Shown here piece by piece: positions 8,573-19,600 of a DNA stretch of 64,000 nt. The stretch comes from an uncultured Bacteroidota bacterium (GTDB lineage: Bacteria > Bacteroidota > Bacteroidia > Flavobacteriales > Flavobacteriaceae): positions 53,052-117,051 of the forward strand of contig CACOXF010000001.1 in the NCBI GenBank assembly GCA_902631125.1, written 5' to 3'. The notes under the pieces were generated by a model that worked only from the letters and a program-made list of their open reading frames with translations, was not told the origin of the DNA and made no database searches. Numbering within the stretch: position 1 is the first letter of the stretch; each line of letters opens with the position of its first letter. Position numbers and translations under genes: made by a program.

Positions 8573-10768
8573 TTAATTGGCGACTTCGCTAATAAATTTT
8601 ATTCGATACAAACGAAGGTCATCTTCTTCAAAATCACCATCAAACTCTTCAAAAGCTTCTTGAATATCATCGTTTTCAGCTTCCATAAAATATTCTTGCA
8701 ACTCATCTTGTTGATCCTCGTCAAAAAGCGAATCTATCTCATAACTGATATCGAGTTTTGTTCCAGAAAATACAATGGTTTCGAGTTCTTTTATAAAGGC
8801 TGTCCTGTCCTTTCCCTTAGCATTGGCAATATCTTCAAGTGGTAATTTTCGATCAACACTTTGAATGATGTATAATTTGAGGGCAGAGTTAGCACCTGTG
8901 CTTTTGATTATAATGTCTTGGGGTCGAAGAACATCATTGTCGGTACAATATTTTTCAATGAGTTTGACAAAAGAATTCCCAAATTTCATTGCCTTTCCCT
9001 CTCCAACTCCATGAATGTTTTTGAGTTCATCCAAAGTGATTGGATACTTCAAAAGCATATCTTCTATTGATGTTTCTTGAAAAACAGCATAGGGCGGAAC
9101 ACCTGATAGCTCTGCAACTCTTTTTCTCTCTTTCATCAGCAATTCATGCAATTTTTTATCAAAAACTGCAGTTCCACTCCCATTAGTTGAAGTGGTAGAT
9201 TGTGTTTGATCGTATTCATGATTTTCAGTCATGAAAAATGAGTACGGCGATGCAAGAAACGCTTCCCCTTTGGCTGTCAATTTGATAACACCATAGGTTT
9301 CAATTTCCTTCTTTAGCAGTCCAGCAACAAGAAGTTGTCGGACAAGTGCTCGCCAATAGGATAAGGTCTCATGTGAACCAATCCCAAAAAAATTTTTTTC
9401 AACCACCTGACGAGTCACCAAAAGAGCATTTTTAACCCCAACAAGTATGTTGACAATCTCATTGAAACGATATTGTTGTGCTGTGTCTAGAATGACTTTC
9501 AATAGCAATTCGACTTGCTTTTGCGCTTCTTTTTTAGGCTTTGGATTCCTTGCATTATCGTCCATGTCAGCACCTGGCCCATTCACACCGTCAAATTCTT
9601 CCCCAAAATAGTGTAGGATAAACTTGCGTCTAGACATCGAGGTTTCGGCGTAAGCAACCATCTCGTGCAGTAGAGCGAAGCCAATTTCCTGCTCTGCAAT
9701 TGGTTTTCCCGACATAAACTTTTCTAATTTCTCAATGTCTTTATAGGCATAAAAAGCTAAGCAATGGCCCTCGCCACCATCTCGTCCAGCACGGCCTGTC
9801 TCTTGATAGTAACTTTCAATACTTTTTGGGATATCGTGGTGGATGACAAAACGTACGTCTGGCTTATCGATTCCCATGCCAAAAGCAATTGTGGCAACAA
9901 CAACATCTACATCTTCCATCAGGAACATATCTTGATTCTTCACGCGCTGTTTATTGTCTAAACCAGCATGATAAGGAACTGCTTTTATACCATTGACAAC
10001 CAAAATTTGTGCTAACTCTTCAACTCGTTTTCGAGATAAGCAATAAACGATTCCAGACTTACCGTCATTCTTTTTGATGAATGATGTGATGTCACGATCA
10101 ACCTGATCTGTTTTGGGAAGCACCTCATAAAAAAGGTTTGGTCGATTAAAAGATGCTTTAAAGGTAACGGCATCTGTAATACCAAGGTTTTTTAATATGT
10201 CTTCTTGAACCTTTGGGGTCGCAGTGGCAGTCAGTCCAATCACAGGAATCTTTTCATCAATACGATCCAAAATCTCTCTAAGATTTCGGTACTCCGGCCT
10301 AAAGTCATGACCCCATTCTGAAATACAATGCGCTTCATCGACTGCCATAAAGCTAATGGGAACAGAGCGTAAAAAGTCAACATAGTTCTGCTTTGTCAGT
10401 GACTCTGGTGCGACATACAACAATTTTGTAACGCCATTTAAGATATCATCCTTCACAACTTGGACTTGTCCTTTGGTCAATGAAGAATTTAGCACATGTG
10501 CAACACCATCTTGTTTGGAGATGCCACGAATGGCATCAACTTGATTTTTCATCAAAGCAATAAGTGGAGAGACTACAATGGCTGTTCCATCTAGTAAAAG
10601 TGCTGGTAATTGATAACATAACGATTTACCTCCACCAGTTGGCATTATAACGAAGGTATCTTTCCCTGAAAGTAGGGTTTCGATCACTTCTTCTTGAAGA
10701 CCACGGAAATTGGAGAATCCAAAAAAGCGCTTTAATGAAGACGCAAGCTCATAATCTCTGGCACTCAT
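8573..10768 (-). CDS. recQ: ATP-dependent DNA helicase RecQ
   Basis: 731 aa. Walker A MPTGGGKS and DEAH box (MAVDEAHCISEWGHDFRPEY). RecQ C-terminal and HRDC-like regions are present. Confidence 0.96.
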   Translation of the reverse strand: MSARDYELASSLKRFFGFSNFRGLQEEVIETLLSGKDTFVIMPTGGGKSLCYQLPALLLDGTAIVVSPLIALMKNQVDAIRGISKQDGVAHVLNSSLTKGQVQVVKDDILNGVTKLLYVAPESLTKQNYVDFLRSVPISFMAVDEAHCISEWGHDFRPEYRNLREILDRIDEKIPVIGLTATATPKVQEDILKNLGITDAVTFKASFNRPNLFYEVLPKTDQVDRDITSFIKKNDGKSGIVYCLSRKRVEELAQILVVNGIKAVPYHAGLDNKQRVKNQDMFLMEDVDVVVATIAFGMGIDKPDVRFVIHHDIPKSIESYYQETGRAGRDGGEGHCLAFYAYKDIEKLEKFMSGKPIAEQEIGFALLHEMVAYAETSMSRRKFILHYFGEEFDGVNGPGADMDDNARNPKPKKEAQKQVELLLKVILDTAQQYRFNEIVNILVGVKNALLVTRQVVEKNFFGIGSHETLSYWRALVRQLLVAGLLKKEIETYGVIKLTAKGEAFLASPYSFFMTENHEYDQTQSTTSTNGSGTAVFDKKLHELLMKERKRVAELSGVPPYAVFQETSIEDMLLKYPITLDELKNIHGVGEGKAMKFGNSFVKLIEKYCTDNDVLRPQDIIIKSTGANSALKLYIIQSVDRKLPLEDIANAKGKDRTAFIKELETIVFSGTKLDISYEIDSLFDEDQQDELQEYFMEAENDDIQEAFEEFDGDFEEDDLRLYRIKFISEVAN

Positions 10769-10848
10769 ATTAACCTATAAAGTCGATTTTGTACATTTGC
10801 CTACTAAATATACGTCATAATTTTCAAACCAAGCTGAATCTTTTACTA

Positions 10849-11814
10849 TTGGATAAAAAAATCGACATTCTAAACACTGCTAAAGACTGTTTCACCAACC
10901 AAAGCAATGCCATCGCTGCACTTCAAGACCAACTTAATGAAGATTTTGTGAAGGTGATTGACTTGATTTTCAAATCCAACTCGCGCCTTGTGATAACCGG
11001 GATAGGTAAAAGTGCGTTGATTGGAATGAAAATCACAGCTACATTAAACTCTACAGGCACTCGATCGATTTTTATGCATGCTGCCGATGCCATTCATGGT
11101 GATCTGGGTACAGTCGCAAAAGAGGATATTGTTCTATTTATCTCAAAAAGTGGGGACACACCAGAAATCAAGGCTTTGGTCCCCCTAGTCAAAGCCATGG
11201 GCAACAGCATCATTGGCATGACGGGAAATCCTTCTTCTTTTCTAGCACAAGAATCAAATTATGTGTTGTCAATTGCCATCCAAAAAGAAGCATGTCCAAA
11301 TAATCTGGCACCAACGACCAGCACCACAGCCCAACTTGTTATGGGAGATGCAATTGCGATTTGTTTGCTTGAAATGCGTGGGTTTGACAAAAATAATTTT
11401 GCCCAATTTCACCCCGGCGGCTCGATTGGTAAAGCATTGTACCTAAAAGTTAAAACACTTGTTGATAGCAAAAACATTCCAGCTGTTCGGCCAAATTCAT
11501 CTTTAACAGATGTCATCATCGAAATTGGAGAAAAGCTTGTTGGAGCAACAGCTGTATTGGAAAATGATAAAGTTTGTGGAATCATTACAGATGGAGACAT
11601 ACGAAGGGTTTTAGAAAAAACATCTGATCTGAGTTCGATTCGAGCGAAAGATATTATGAACCCTAACCCCAAGACGATTGAAACTGACATCCTCGCTTCT
11701 GAGGCATTAAATACAATGCAAAAGAATAACATCAGCCAATTGTTGGTCATGAAAAATGATGAATTTATTGGTATTGTACACCTGCACAAAATCTTAAATG
11801 AAGGAATTAGCTGA
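10849..11814 (+). CDS. kpsF: arabinose-5-phosphate isomerase (KpsF/GutQ family; SIS domain plus CBS pair)
   Basis: SIS motif VITGIGKS..HAADAIHGDLG, with a CBS pair in the C-terminal third. The track start 10789 (TTG) leaves only 20 bp to the divergent recQ. An in-frame TTG at 10849 gives a family-typical 321 aa, but the start remains uncertain. Confidence 0.86.
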   Translation: MDKKIDILNTAKDCFTNQSNAIAALQDQLNEDFVKVIDLIFKSNSRLVITGIGKSALIGMKITATLNSTGTRSIFMHAADAIHGDLGTVAKEDIVLFISKSGDTPEIKALVPLVKAMGNSIIGMTGNPSSFLAQESNYVLSIAIQKEACPNNLAPTTSTTAQLVMGDAIAICLLEMRGFDKNNFAQFHPGGSIGKALYLKVKTLVDSKNIPAVRPNSSLTDVIIEIGEKLVGATAVLENDKVCGIITDGDIRRVLEKTSDLSSIRAKDIMNPNPKTIETDILASEALNTMQKNNISQLLVMKNDEFIGIVHLHKILNEGIS

Positions 11815-12629
11815 TGGCTGATAAAGAAATGTCTTTTTTAGAACATCTCGAAGATTTACGATGGCATCTTCTACGCTCAATCACTGCCATTCTGATTGCA
11901 GCTCTCGCTGCTTTTTCAGCAAAAGATTTTGTCTTTGATGTTTTGCTTTTTGGACCTAAAAAAACCGATTTCCTCACCTATCGACTCCTTTGTCAAGCGT
12001 CCAATCTATTGGGGTTTGACGATGGGTTTTGTATCAGCGAATTACCTTTTCGAATCCAAAGTCGTACGATGGCTGGGCAGTTTTCAGCACACATTTGGAC
12101 CTCGATAACCCTCGGGTTTGTCGTCTCATTTCCTTATATTATTTATCAGTTTTGGAAATTTATTAGCCCAGGACTTTACTCCCATGAGAGAAAAACAGCA
12201 AGTGGATTTATTTCGATGTCTTCGTTGCTGTTCTTCTTAGGAGTTTTGTTTGGCTATTATGTTGTAACACCCCTTTCCATTCGATTTTTGGGTACTTACA
12301 CTGTGAGTGCAGAAATTTTTAATGACTTTGATCTGAGTAGCTACACAGCTTTGGTTCGCGCATCTGTTCTGGCATCCGGTATCATTTTTGAACTTCCGAT
12401 TTTAGTTTATTTTCTTACAAAAATTGGGGTAATTACTCCTAAATTTATGCGTAAATACAGAAAAATAGCTCTGATAATGGTCATGTTTTTATCTGCAGTG
12501 ATCACGCCACCAGATGTCGCAAGTCAAATTATCGTCGCAATTCCCGTTCTTATTTTATATGAGTTGAGTATTTTTATATCCAAAAGAGTAATTCGAAACA
12601 TGAATAAAAAAGCACACAAATGGAGTTGA
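11814..12629 (+). CDS. tatC: twin-arginine translocase subunit TatC
   Basis: 271 aa, multi-TM. N-terminus ..MSFLEHLEDLRWHLLRS.. is typical of TatC. The ATG overlaps the kpsF stop (TGATG). Confidence 0.92.
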   Translation: MADKEMSFLEHLEDLRWHLLRSITAILIAALAAFSAKDFVFDVLLFGPKKTDFLTYRLLCQASNLLGFDDGFCISELPFRIQSRTMAGQFSAHIWTSITLGFVVSFPYIIYQFWKFISPGLYSHERKTASGFISMSSLLFFLGVLFGYYVVTPLSIRFLGTYTVSAEIFNDFDLSSYTALVRASVLASGIIFELPILVYFLTKIGVITPKFMRKYRKIALIMVMFLSAVITPPDVASQIIVAIPVLILYELSIFISKRVIRNMNKKAHKWS

Positions 12630-13366
12630 AGCTAGCTGCCAATAATATTTCTAAAATCTATGGCAAACGAAATGTCGTTGACAATGTCAGTATACATGTC
12701 AGTCAAGGGGAAATTATTGGCTTACTTGGGCCAAATGGTGCAGGCAAAACAACTTGTTTTTACACCATCGTTGGTCTGATCAAGCCTAGTGCAGGTGAGG
12801 TTTTCCTAGATAATACCGACATTACTTCCTTTCCCATGTACCAAAGAGCGCAGAATGGAATTGGATATTTGGCTCAAGAAGCATCTGTTTTTCGCAAACT
12901 GAGTGTAGAAGACAATATACGTTGTGTATTGGAACTCAAGAAGTTAACCAAGGTTGAACAAAATGAAAAGATAGAGTCATTGCTTGAGGAGTTTAGCTTA
13001 ACTGCCATTCGAAAAAACAGAGGTGATTTGCTTTCAGGTGGAGAGCGGCGTCGGACAGAGATTGCTCGTGCATTGGCAACAGATCCTAAATTTTTACTTC
13101 TTGATGAGCCCTTTGCTGGTGTTGATCCAGTAGCAGTTGAGGATATCCAAAAAATTGTAGCTCACTTAAAGAAGAAAAATATCGGGATTCTCATTACTGA
13201 TCACAATGTACAGGAAACACTGGCAATTACTGACAGAACCTATTTGATGTTTGAGGGTAAAATTCTAAAAGCTGGCAAACCCGAGGATCTGGCGAATGAC
13301 GAAATGGTACGCAAGGTGTATCTTGGCAAAAACTTTGAATTGCGAAAAAAGAAAGTCACCCTCTAG
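12620..13366 (+). CDS. lptB: LPS export ABC transporter ATP-binding protein LptB
   Basis: Walker A GPNGAGKTT, signature LSGGERRR, Walker B LLLDEPFAG. About 248 aa, as expected for LptB. Confidence 0.92.
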   Translation: MELKLAANNISKIYGKRNVVDNVSIHVSQGEIIGLLGPNGAGKTTCFYTIVGLIKPSAGEVFLDNTDITSFPMYQRAQNGIGYLAQEASVFRKLSVEDNIRCVLELKKLTKVEQNEKIESLLEEFSLTAIRKNRGDLLSGGERRRTEIARALATDPKFLLLDEPFAGVDPVAVEDIQKIVAHLKKKNIGILITDHNVQETLAITDRTYLMFEGKILKAGKPEDLANDEMVRKVYLGKNFELRKKKVTL

Positions 13367-14018
13367 ACTTCGCCACATGGCTAAAGACTATAGAAAATAA
13401 GGCGTATAAAGTGATAGTAATACTCCAAGCAAGATGACCAAATTGCAACCACAAAACGATCATCATAACAATCATTAACGATAACTTAACAAAATAAAGT
13501 AGAGAATATTTTAGCTGTAGGCGATAAAACGTAAAAGAACTGTTCAACAAAAATGAAGTGACAATTACAGCACTAACTATCAAGTTGAAAGTAATTTCAG
13601 TTTGAATGTGTGTGAGACCGATCCAAAACAAAGCATTTGCAGGGGTTGGCAATCCAGAAAAGTGGAATTTGTTTTGGTTATTCGTGTTGTAGTTCGCCAA
13701 ACGATATGCAGAGGCAAGTGTGATTATAAATCCAATAAATAATCTGGGGAAATCTACATCCAAAATACCAAGCATCACGGTGGCAACTGCCCCTGGAACA
13801 ACCCCAAAACTAATTACATCGGCCAAGGAATCGAGTTGTTTTCCAAATTCACTGGTTGCACCTATCACACGTGCTAAAAAACCATCAAGAAAATCGAAAA
13901 CACAACAAATCAGGACACAATATGTCGCGGTTTCAAAATCTATATCTAAAATGAAATAAAGGGCCAAGCAACCAGCTGCAGCGTTGGCCAACGTAAATAA
14001 ATTTGGGAGGACTTTCAT
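13356..14018 (-). CDS. pssA: CDP-alcohol phosphatidyltransferase, probably phosphatidylserine synthase
   Basis: CDP-alcohol motif DFLDGFLARVIGATSEFGKQLDSLADVISFG; polytopic membrane protein. The track start 14057 is GTG. The ATG at 14018 (MKVLPNLFTLANA..) is more plausible. Confidence 0.85.
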   Translation of the reverse strand: MKVLPNLFTLANAAAGCLALYFILDIDFETATYCVLICCVFDFLDGFLARVIGATSEFGKQLDSLADVISFGVVPGAVATVMLGILDVDFPRLFIGFIITLASAYRLANYNTNNQNKFHFSGLPTPANALFWIGLTHIQTEITFNLIVSAVIVTSFLLNSSFTFYRLQLKYSLLYFVKLSLMIVMMIVLWLQFGHLAWSITITLYALFSIVFSHVAKSRG

Positions 14019-14066
14019 AACGCGAAGATAACAAAGTAAACAACACCAACTCGCCACCCTTTTTTA

Positions 14067-14074
14067 TATCTTTG
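14067..14074 (+). promoter_or_regulatory. Bacteroidota -7 promoter box (TAnnTTTG)
   Basis: TATCTTTG lies 5 nt upstream of the lnt ATG, which implies a near-leaderless transcript if it is used. Confidence 0.25.
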
Positions 14075-14079
14075 AGCAG

Positions 14080-15642
14080 ATGAATAGCAACTTATCCAAA
14101 AGCATTTTAAGTGCTTTACTATTGACAATAGCATGGCCAACGAATGGCCTTTCTTTAATTATTTTTATCGCATTTGTCCCCTTGCTTCAAATCTTATATC
14201 ATCAGCCTGAAAAAAAATCAAAACGAACAACTACTCACTTTTTTCTGAGCTTTTTTCTTTGGAATTTGGGTATAACGTGGTGGATATGGAATGCATCAGC
14301 CTTTGGAATGTTTTTTGCCGTACTGGTAAATAGTTCACTAATGACAATTGTCTTTATGCTCTCACGAATGGTCATCAGAAAGCTATCGACACAAGCTGGA
14401 TTGTTATTTCTGACAACTTTTTGGATGAGCTTCGAACTTCTGCACCTTCATTGGGATTTTTCGTGGCCTTGGCTTCAACTAGGAAATGTGTTTTCTGAAA
14501 CAACTTCATGGGTACAATGGTATGAATATACAGGAGTATTTGGTGGGAGTTTATGGGTGATGGTTGTAAATATTTTGTTCTTTAAAGCAATACGAGCAAA
14601 CACATTTCGGTTGCGAAAAATGGCTATTGCAGTTCTCACCATAGCAATTCCTGTCTGCATATCACTGTTGATTTATGCCAATCATCATCCTCAAAACAAT
14701 AAAGCTGTTGAGGTTGTTATTGCACAACCTAATATCGATCCTTATGATGAAAAATTTATCGCTAGTGATATTGAGCAAGCCAAAGCTCTCTTTGCGCTTA
14801 TCAAACCAGAGCTCAAGTCATCAACTGATTTAATTCTTGCACCTGAAACTTATTTTACAGAGGGGTTTGGCTATTCCTTACCAAGCTTATCGTCGAGCTT
14901 CCTATACCAAAGTATCAGCGAAAAGCTGTCGCAAATCGAACCCACCCAGCTGTTGACAGGCATTCAACTGTATCAGGTGTATTCAAAAGCTGACAAAACT
15001 CCAACTTCAAATAAGATGGGCAACCAGTGGGTGGATTTTTACAACAGCGCATTTTTAAGTGGAACCAATCCCTTGCAGGTCTACCACAAGTCCAAACTGG
15101 TAGTTGGAATCGAAACCCTCCCCTACAAACAAATTGTTGAGCCCCTTTTTGGCAACATTATGCTTGACTTGGGTGGTACAGTTCGAAGTCGAGCAGTGGA
15201 TACTAATCGAAAAGTATTTCAACTCAAAAATGGCAGTAAAGTGGGGCCAATCATCTGTTATGAATCTTTATATGGGAGTTTTGTTGGAGGTTATGTGCGC
15301 AATGGTGCAGAATTCTTGGCTGTCATGACTAATGATGCGTGGTGGGGAACAACTCCAGGTCATCGCCAATTGCTGAGTTATACAAAGTTGCGAGCGATTG
15401 AAACACGATTGCCCTTTGTCAGGTCGGCCAACTCAGGTATATCAGCAATAATCAACTCGTATGGTGAAGTCACAAAACAAATCCCTTATTTGAAAAGAGA
15501 CGCCATGTCTGTGACCATAGTTCCACAAAACCAATTGACATTTTATGTTAAATACGGAGATTATATTGCAAGATTGTCATTGTTTGTTTCAGTGCTTTTA
15601 TTGTTGATCACCATCACACGAAAAAAACTGATTTTTAGGTAG
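14080..15642 (+). CDS. lnt: apolipoprotein N-acyltransferase
   Basis: 520 aa. Multi-TM N-terminal half plus a C-terminal CN-hydrolase domain with the catalytic Cys context GPIICYESLY. Confidence 0.9.
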   Translation: MNSNLSKSILSALLLTIAWPTNGLSLIIFIAFVPLLQILYHQPEKKSKRTTTHFFLSFFLWNLGITWWIWNASAFGMFFAVLVNSSLMTIVFMLSRMVIRKLSTQAGLLFLTTFWMSFELLHLHWDFSWPWLQLGNVFSETTSWVQWYEYTGVFGGSLWVMVVNILFFKAIRANTFRLRKMAIAVLTIAIPVCISLLIYANHHPQNNKAVEVVIAQPNIDPYDEKFIASDIEQAKALFALIKPELKSSTDLILAPETYFTEGFGYSLPSLSSSFLYQSISEKLSQIEPTQLLTGIQLYQVYSKADKTPTSNKMGNQWVDFYNSAFLSGTNPLQVYHKSKLVVGIETLPYKQIVEPLFGNIMLDLGGTVRSRAVDTNRKVFQLKNGSKVGPIICYESLYGSFVGGYVRNGAEFLAVMTNDAWWGTTPGHRQLLSYTKLRAIETRLPFVRSANSGISAIINSYGEVTKQIPYLKRDAMSVTIVPQNQLTFYVKYGDYIARLSLFVSVLLLLITITRKKLIFR

Positions 15643-15706
15643 TGTATAAAAAAATTGACTTAACTTAGCAAAAAAAATTGCGCCTATCATTAAGTAGGTT
15701 ACGATT

Positions 15707-16255
15707 ATGAAAATCTACACGAAAACTGGAGATCAAGGGATGACCTCATTATATGGAGGTGAGCGAGTGTCGAAAAGCCATTTGCGTATCGAAACCTACG
15801 GAACTATTGACGAGCTCAATGCATGGATGGGAATGATTGCATCCAACTCAGAATCGCAGTATTTCCATCGTGACTTGATTAAAATCCAAAACGATTTGTT
15901 TGTTTTAGGTGCTATGCTTGCTGTAGATGGCGAACATACCGACCTGCGTATTCAGAAAATTAACGATGAACATGTCGAGTGGATAGAAAAATGTATCGAT
16001 AAAATTGTGTCCGACCTTCCTCCGATGACACATTTTATACTTCCTGGTGGAGATGAAACAGCATCGCACGCTCATCTTGCCAGATGCGTTTGCAGACGTG
16101 CCGAGAGGTTAACTGTTACGCTTAGCAAAAGTGCATACGTTGATGATATTGCCGTGATTTATCTCAATCGACTTTCAGATTATTTGTTTTGCCTTGCACG
16201 ATTGATGTGTAAAGATACTGGTAATGAGGAAGTTAAGTGGATTCCAAGAATCTAG
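15707..16255 (+). CDS. ATP:cob(I)alamin adenosyltransferase, PduO type
   Basis: N-terminus MKIYTKTGDQGMTSL..; ..LPGG..ASHAHLARCVCRRAER.. matches the PduO/MMAB family pattern. Confidence 0.9.
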   Translation: MKIYTKTGDQGMTSLYGGERVSKSHLRIETYGTIDELNAWMGMIASNSESQYFHRDLIKIQNDLFVLGAMLAVDGEHTDLRIQKINDEHVEWIEKCIDKIVSDLPPMTHFILPGGDETASHAHLARCVCRRAERLTVTLSKSAYVDDIAVIYLNRLSDYLFCLARLMCKDTGNEEVKWIPRI

Positions 16256-16286
16256 GAATTTTGCTTGTATAATTCGGTTAAACCTA

Positions 16287-16294
16287 TATTTTTG
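16287..16294 (+). promoter_or_regulatory. Bacteroidota -7 promoter box (TAnnTTTG)
   Basis: TATTTTTG lies 20 nt upstream of the ATG at 16315. Confidence 0.35.
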
Positions 16295-16314
16295 CATTTT
16301 TAATACAGAAGATT

Positions 16315-16536
16315 ATGTATTGGACTTTAGAGCTTGCATCCTACCTCAGCGATGCGCCCTGGCCAGCAAACAAAGACGAACTGATCGACTTTGCTATTCG
16401 AACGGGTTCTCCGCTTGAAGTTGTCGAAAACCTTCAAGCCATTGAGGATGAAGGAGAAATATATGAGTCAATCGACGAGATTTGGCCTGATTATCCAACC
16501 GACGATGATTATCTTTGGAATGAAGATGAGTATTAA
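16315..16536 (+). CDS. DUF2795 domain-containing protein
   Basis: 73 aa. ..YLSDAPWPANKDELIDFAIRTGSPLEVVENLQAI.. matches the DUF2795 pattern as I recall it, followed by an acidic tail. Confidence 0.7.
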   Translation: MYWTLELASYLSDAPWPANKDELIDFAIRTGSPLEVVENLQAIEDEGEIYESIDEIWPDYPTDDDYLWNEDEY

Positions 16537-16583
16537 GAAATTTTAGCTTCATCATTTATTCGACCAAAGCCCTTTTTTTTCCT

Positions 16584-16591
16584 TATTTTTG
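16584..16591 (+). promoter_or_regulatory. Bacteroidota -7 promoter box (TAnnTTTG)
   Basis: TATTTTTG lies 19 nt upstream of the secA ATG. Confidence 0.4.
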
Positions 16592-16610
16592 ATGTCTTTG
16601 ATAGCAAACC

Positions 16611-19600
16611 ATGAGTATTTTAAATCGTGTCCTAAATGTTTTTGTTGGAGATAAATCCAGAAAAGATTTAAAATTTATACAACCTATCGTTTCTCAAATT
16701 CTTGTTGAAGAGAAAAAACTCTCTAACAGATCGAACGATGAATTAAGAAGCAAAACCAAAGAATTTAAGAATCAAATTCAAGACATTCGAAACCCCTTTC
16801 AAGAAAAAATAAATACCCTATTAGTACAAATTGATCAGAGCGATGATATTGACGAGAAAGAATCATTGTACACTGAAATTGATGAGCTCAATGAAGAATC
16901 CAATAATGAAGTTTCATCTTTTCTCGATCAGATCCTACCTTCGGCATTTGCAGTTGTCAAAGAAACTGCCAAACGATTTACCAACAATACAGAAATTGAG
17001 GTTACAGCAAATGCCTTTGACAGAGAAATTTCAGTATCAAAATCCTATGTGAAGCTCAAAGGAGATCAAGCAACTTGGTTCAATTCTTGGGACGCAGCAG
17101 GTAAACAAGTCACGTGGGATATGATTCACTACGACGTCCAGCTTATTGGGGGCATCATCCTTCATCAAGGTAAAATTGGAGAAATGCAAACAGGTGAGGG
17201 TAAAACACTTGTTGCGACTCTTCCTGTTTACCTCAATGCATTGAGTGGCAATGGAGTTCATTTGGTCACAGTGAATGATTACCTTGCCAAAAGAGACAGC
17301 GCTTGGATGGCACCTATCTTTGAGTTCCATGGTCTTAGTGTTGACTGTATCGATTATCACAAACCAAACTCTGCTGAACGTCGCAAAGCCTATATGGCAG
17401 ATATAACCTATGGAACAAACAATGCTTTTGGGTTTGACTATTTGCGTGATAACATGGCACATTCGATCGAGGACATGGTACAACGTGTACACAATTATGC
17501 TATCGTTGATGAGGTTGATTCAGTCTTGATTGATGATGCGAGAACACCACTGATTATTTCAGGACCAGTCCCAGAGGGTGATCGTCATGAATTTACTGAA
17601 CTTAAGCCCAAGGTAGCTCAACTGGTTCAAAATCAAAGACAATATATCAACACTGTTTTGGCCGAAGCTAAAAAATACATCGTTGAAGGCAATGTTATTG
17701 ATGGTGGATTTATGCTTCTTCGCGCCTTTCGAGGGCTGCCAAAAAACAAAGCGCTTATTAAGTTTTTGAGTCAAGAGGGCGTTCGACAACTTCTGCAAAA
17801 GACCGAAGGACAATATATGCAGGACAACAACCGAGAGATGCCCAAAATAGATGCTGAATTGTTTTTTGTGATCGATGAAAAAAATAATCAAATCGAACTC
17901 ACTGATAAGGGAATTGAGCATTTGTCCGATGACAAAAACACTGCTGATTTTTTTGTCTTACCAGACTTAGGGTCTGAAATTGCAAAAATTGAAGGCAAAG
18001 GGCTTGATACTAAAATCGAAGCTTATGAAAAAGAAAAGTTGTTTAGCGATTTTAGTGTAAAGAGTGAACGCATACACACCTTAAATCAGCTGTTAAAGGC
18101 CTACACTCTATTTGAAAAAGATATCGCCTATGTCGTGATGGATAATCAAGTAAAGATTGTAGATGAACAAACAGGTCGTATTATGGAAGGTCGTCGTTAT
18201 TCCGACGGATTGCATCAAGCTATTGAGGCAAAGGAAAATGTAAAAATTGAATCTGCTACTCAAACTTTTGCCACTATAACCCTGCAAAACTACTTCAGAA
18301 TGTATCAAAAACTAGCAGGAATGACTGGTACCGCGATAACAGAATCAGGTGAGTTTTGGGAAATTTATGAGCTTGATGTTGTTGAAATTCCGACCAACCG
18401 AACAATTGCAAGGAACGACGAAAATGATCTGATTTATAAAACCAAAAGGGAAAAGTATAACGCTGTAATTAATCAAGTTACACTGCTTTCAAATGCAGGT
18501 AGACCAGTGTTGATTGGTACAACTTCAGTCGAAATATCAGAACTCTTGAGTCGAATGCTTCAGCGTCAGAATGTAAAACATAATGTGCTAAACGCAAAGC
18601 TTCACAAAAAAGAGGCCGACATCGTAGCTGAAGCTGGACATGCAGGTATAGTAACGATTGCAACAAACATGGCTGGACGTGGTACAGATATCAAAATCAA
18701 TGATGCTGTCAAAACTTCTGGTGGATTGGCTATTATTGGTACAGAACGTCATGACTCAAGACGAGTAGATCGGCAGCTTCGAGGTCGTTCGGGACGACAA
18801 GGCGACCCGGGGAGTTCACAGTTTTATGTCTCTTTGGAGGATAATTTGATGCGCTTGTTTGGCTCTGAACGCGTTGCCAAAATGATGGATCGCATGGGCG
18901 TTAAGGAGGGGGAAGTGATTCAACATTCTTTGATGACCAAATCGATTGAACGTGCTCAGAAAAAGGTAGAGGAAAACAATTTTGGTATTCGCAAGCGTCT
19001 TCTCGAGTATGATGATGTGATGAATGCCCAGCGAGAAGTGGTTTACAAACGTCGCAAACATGCACTGAAAGGTGAGCGTTTGAAGGTGGATATTTCAAAT
19101 ATGATTTATGAAACCGCAGAGAGTATCGTTGAAAACAACCTAAATGCAAAAGATTATAAAAACTTTGATTTTGAGTTGGTTCGTTTCTTCTCTATCAGCT
19201 CTCCTGTTGATATGCAGGAATTTGAAACCATAGATCAATCGACTTTAATCGACCAGGTTTATGAAGCAGCTTATGAGAGTTTTCTAAACAAGACCAAGCA
19301 AAGTGCTGAACAGGTGTTCCCTGTAATCAAGGACGTTTATGAAAACCCCTCTAATAAGTTTGAACGCATTGTTGTTCCCTTTACTGATGGTAAAAAAACA
19401 CTGAATGTTGTTACGAACCTAAAGTATGCATACGAATCAGAGGGGGAACAGTTGATTGAAGATTTTGAAAAAAACATCAGCTTAGCAATCATCGATGACT
19501 CTTGGAAAGAACACCTGCGAAAAATGGATGAATTGAAGCAATCTGTTCAGTTGGCGGTCCATGAACAAAAAGACCCTTTGCTGATCTACAAATTTGAATC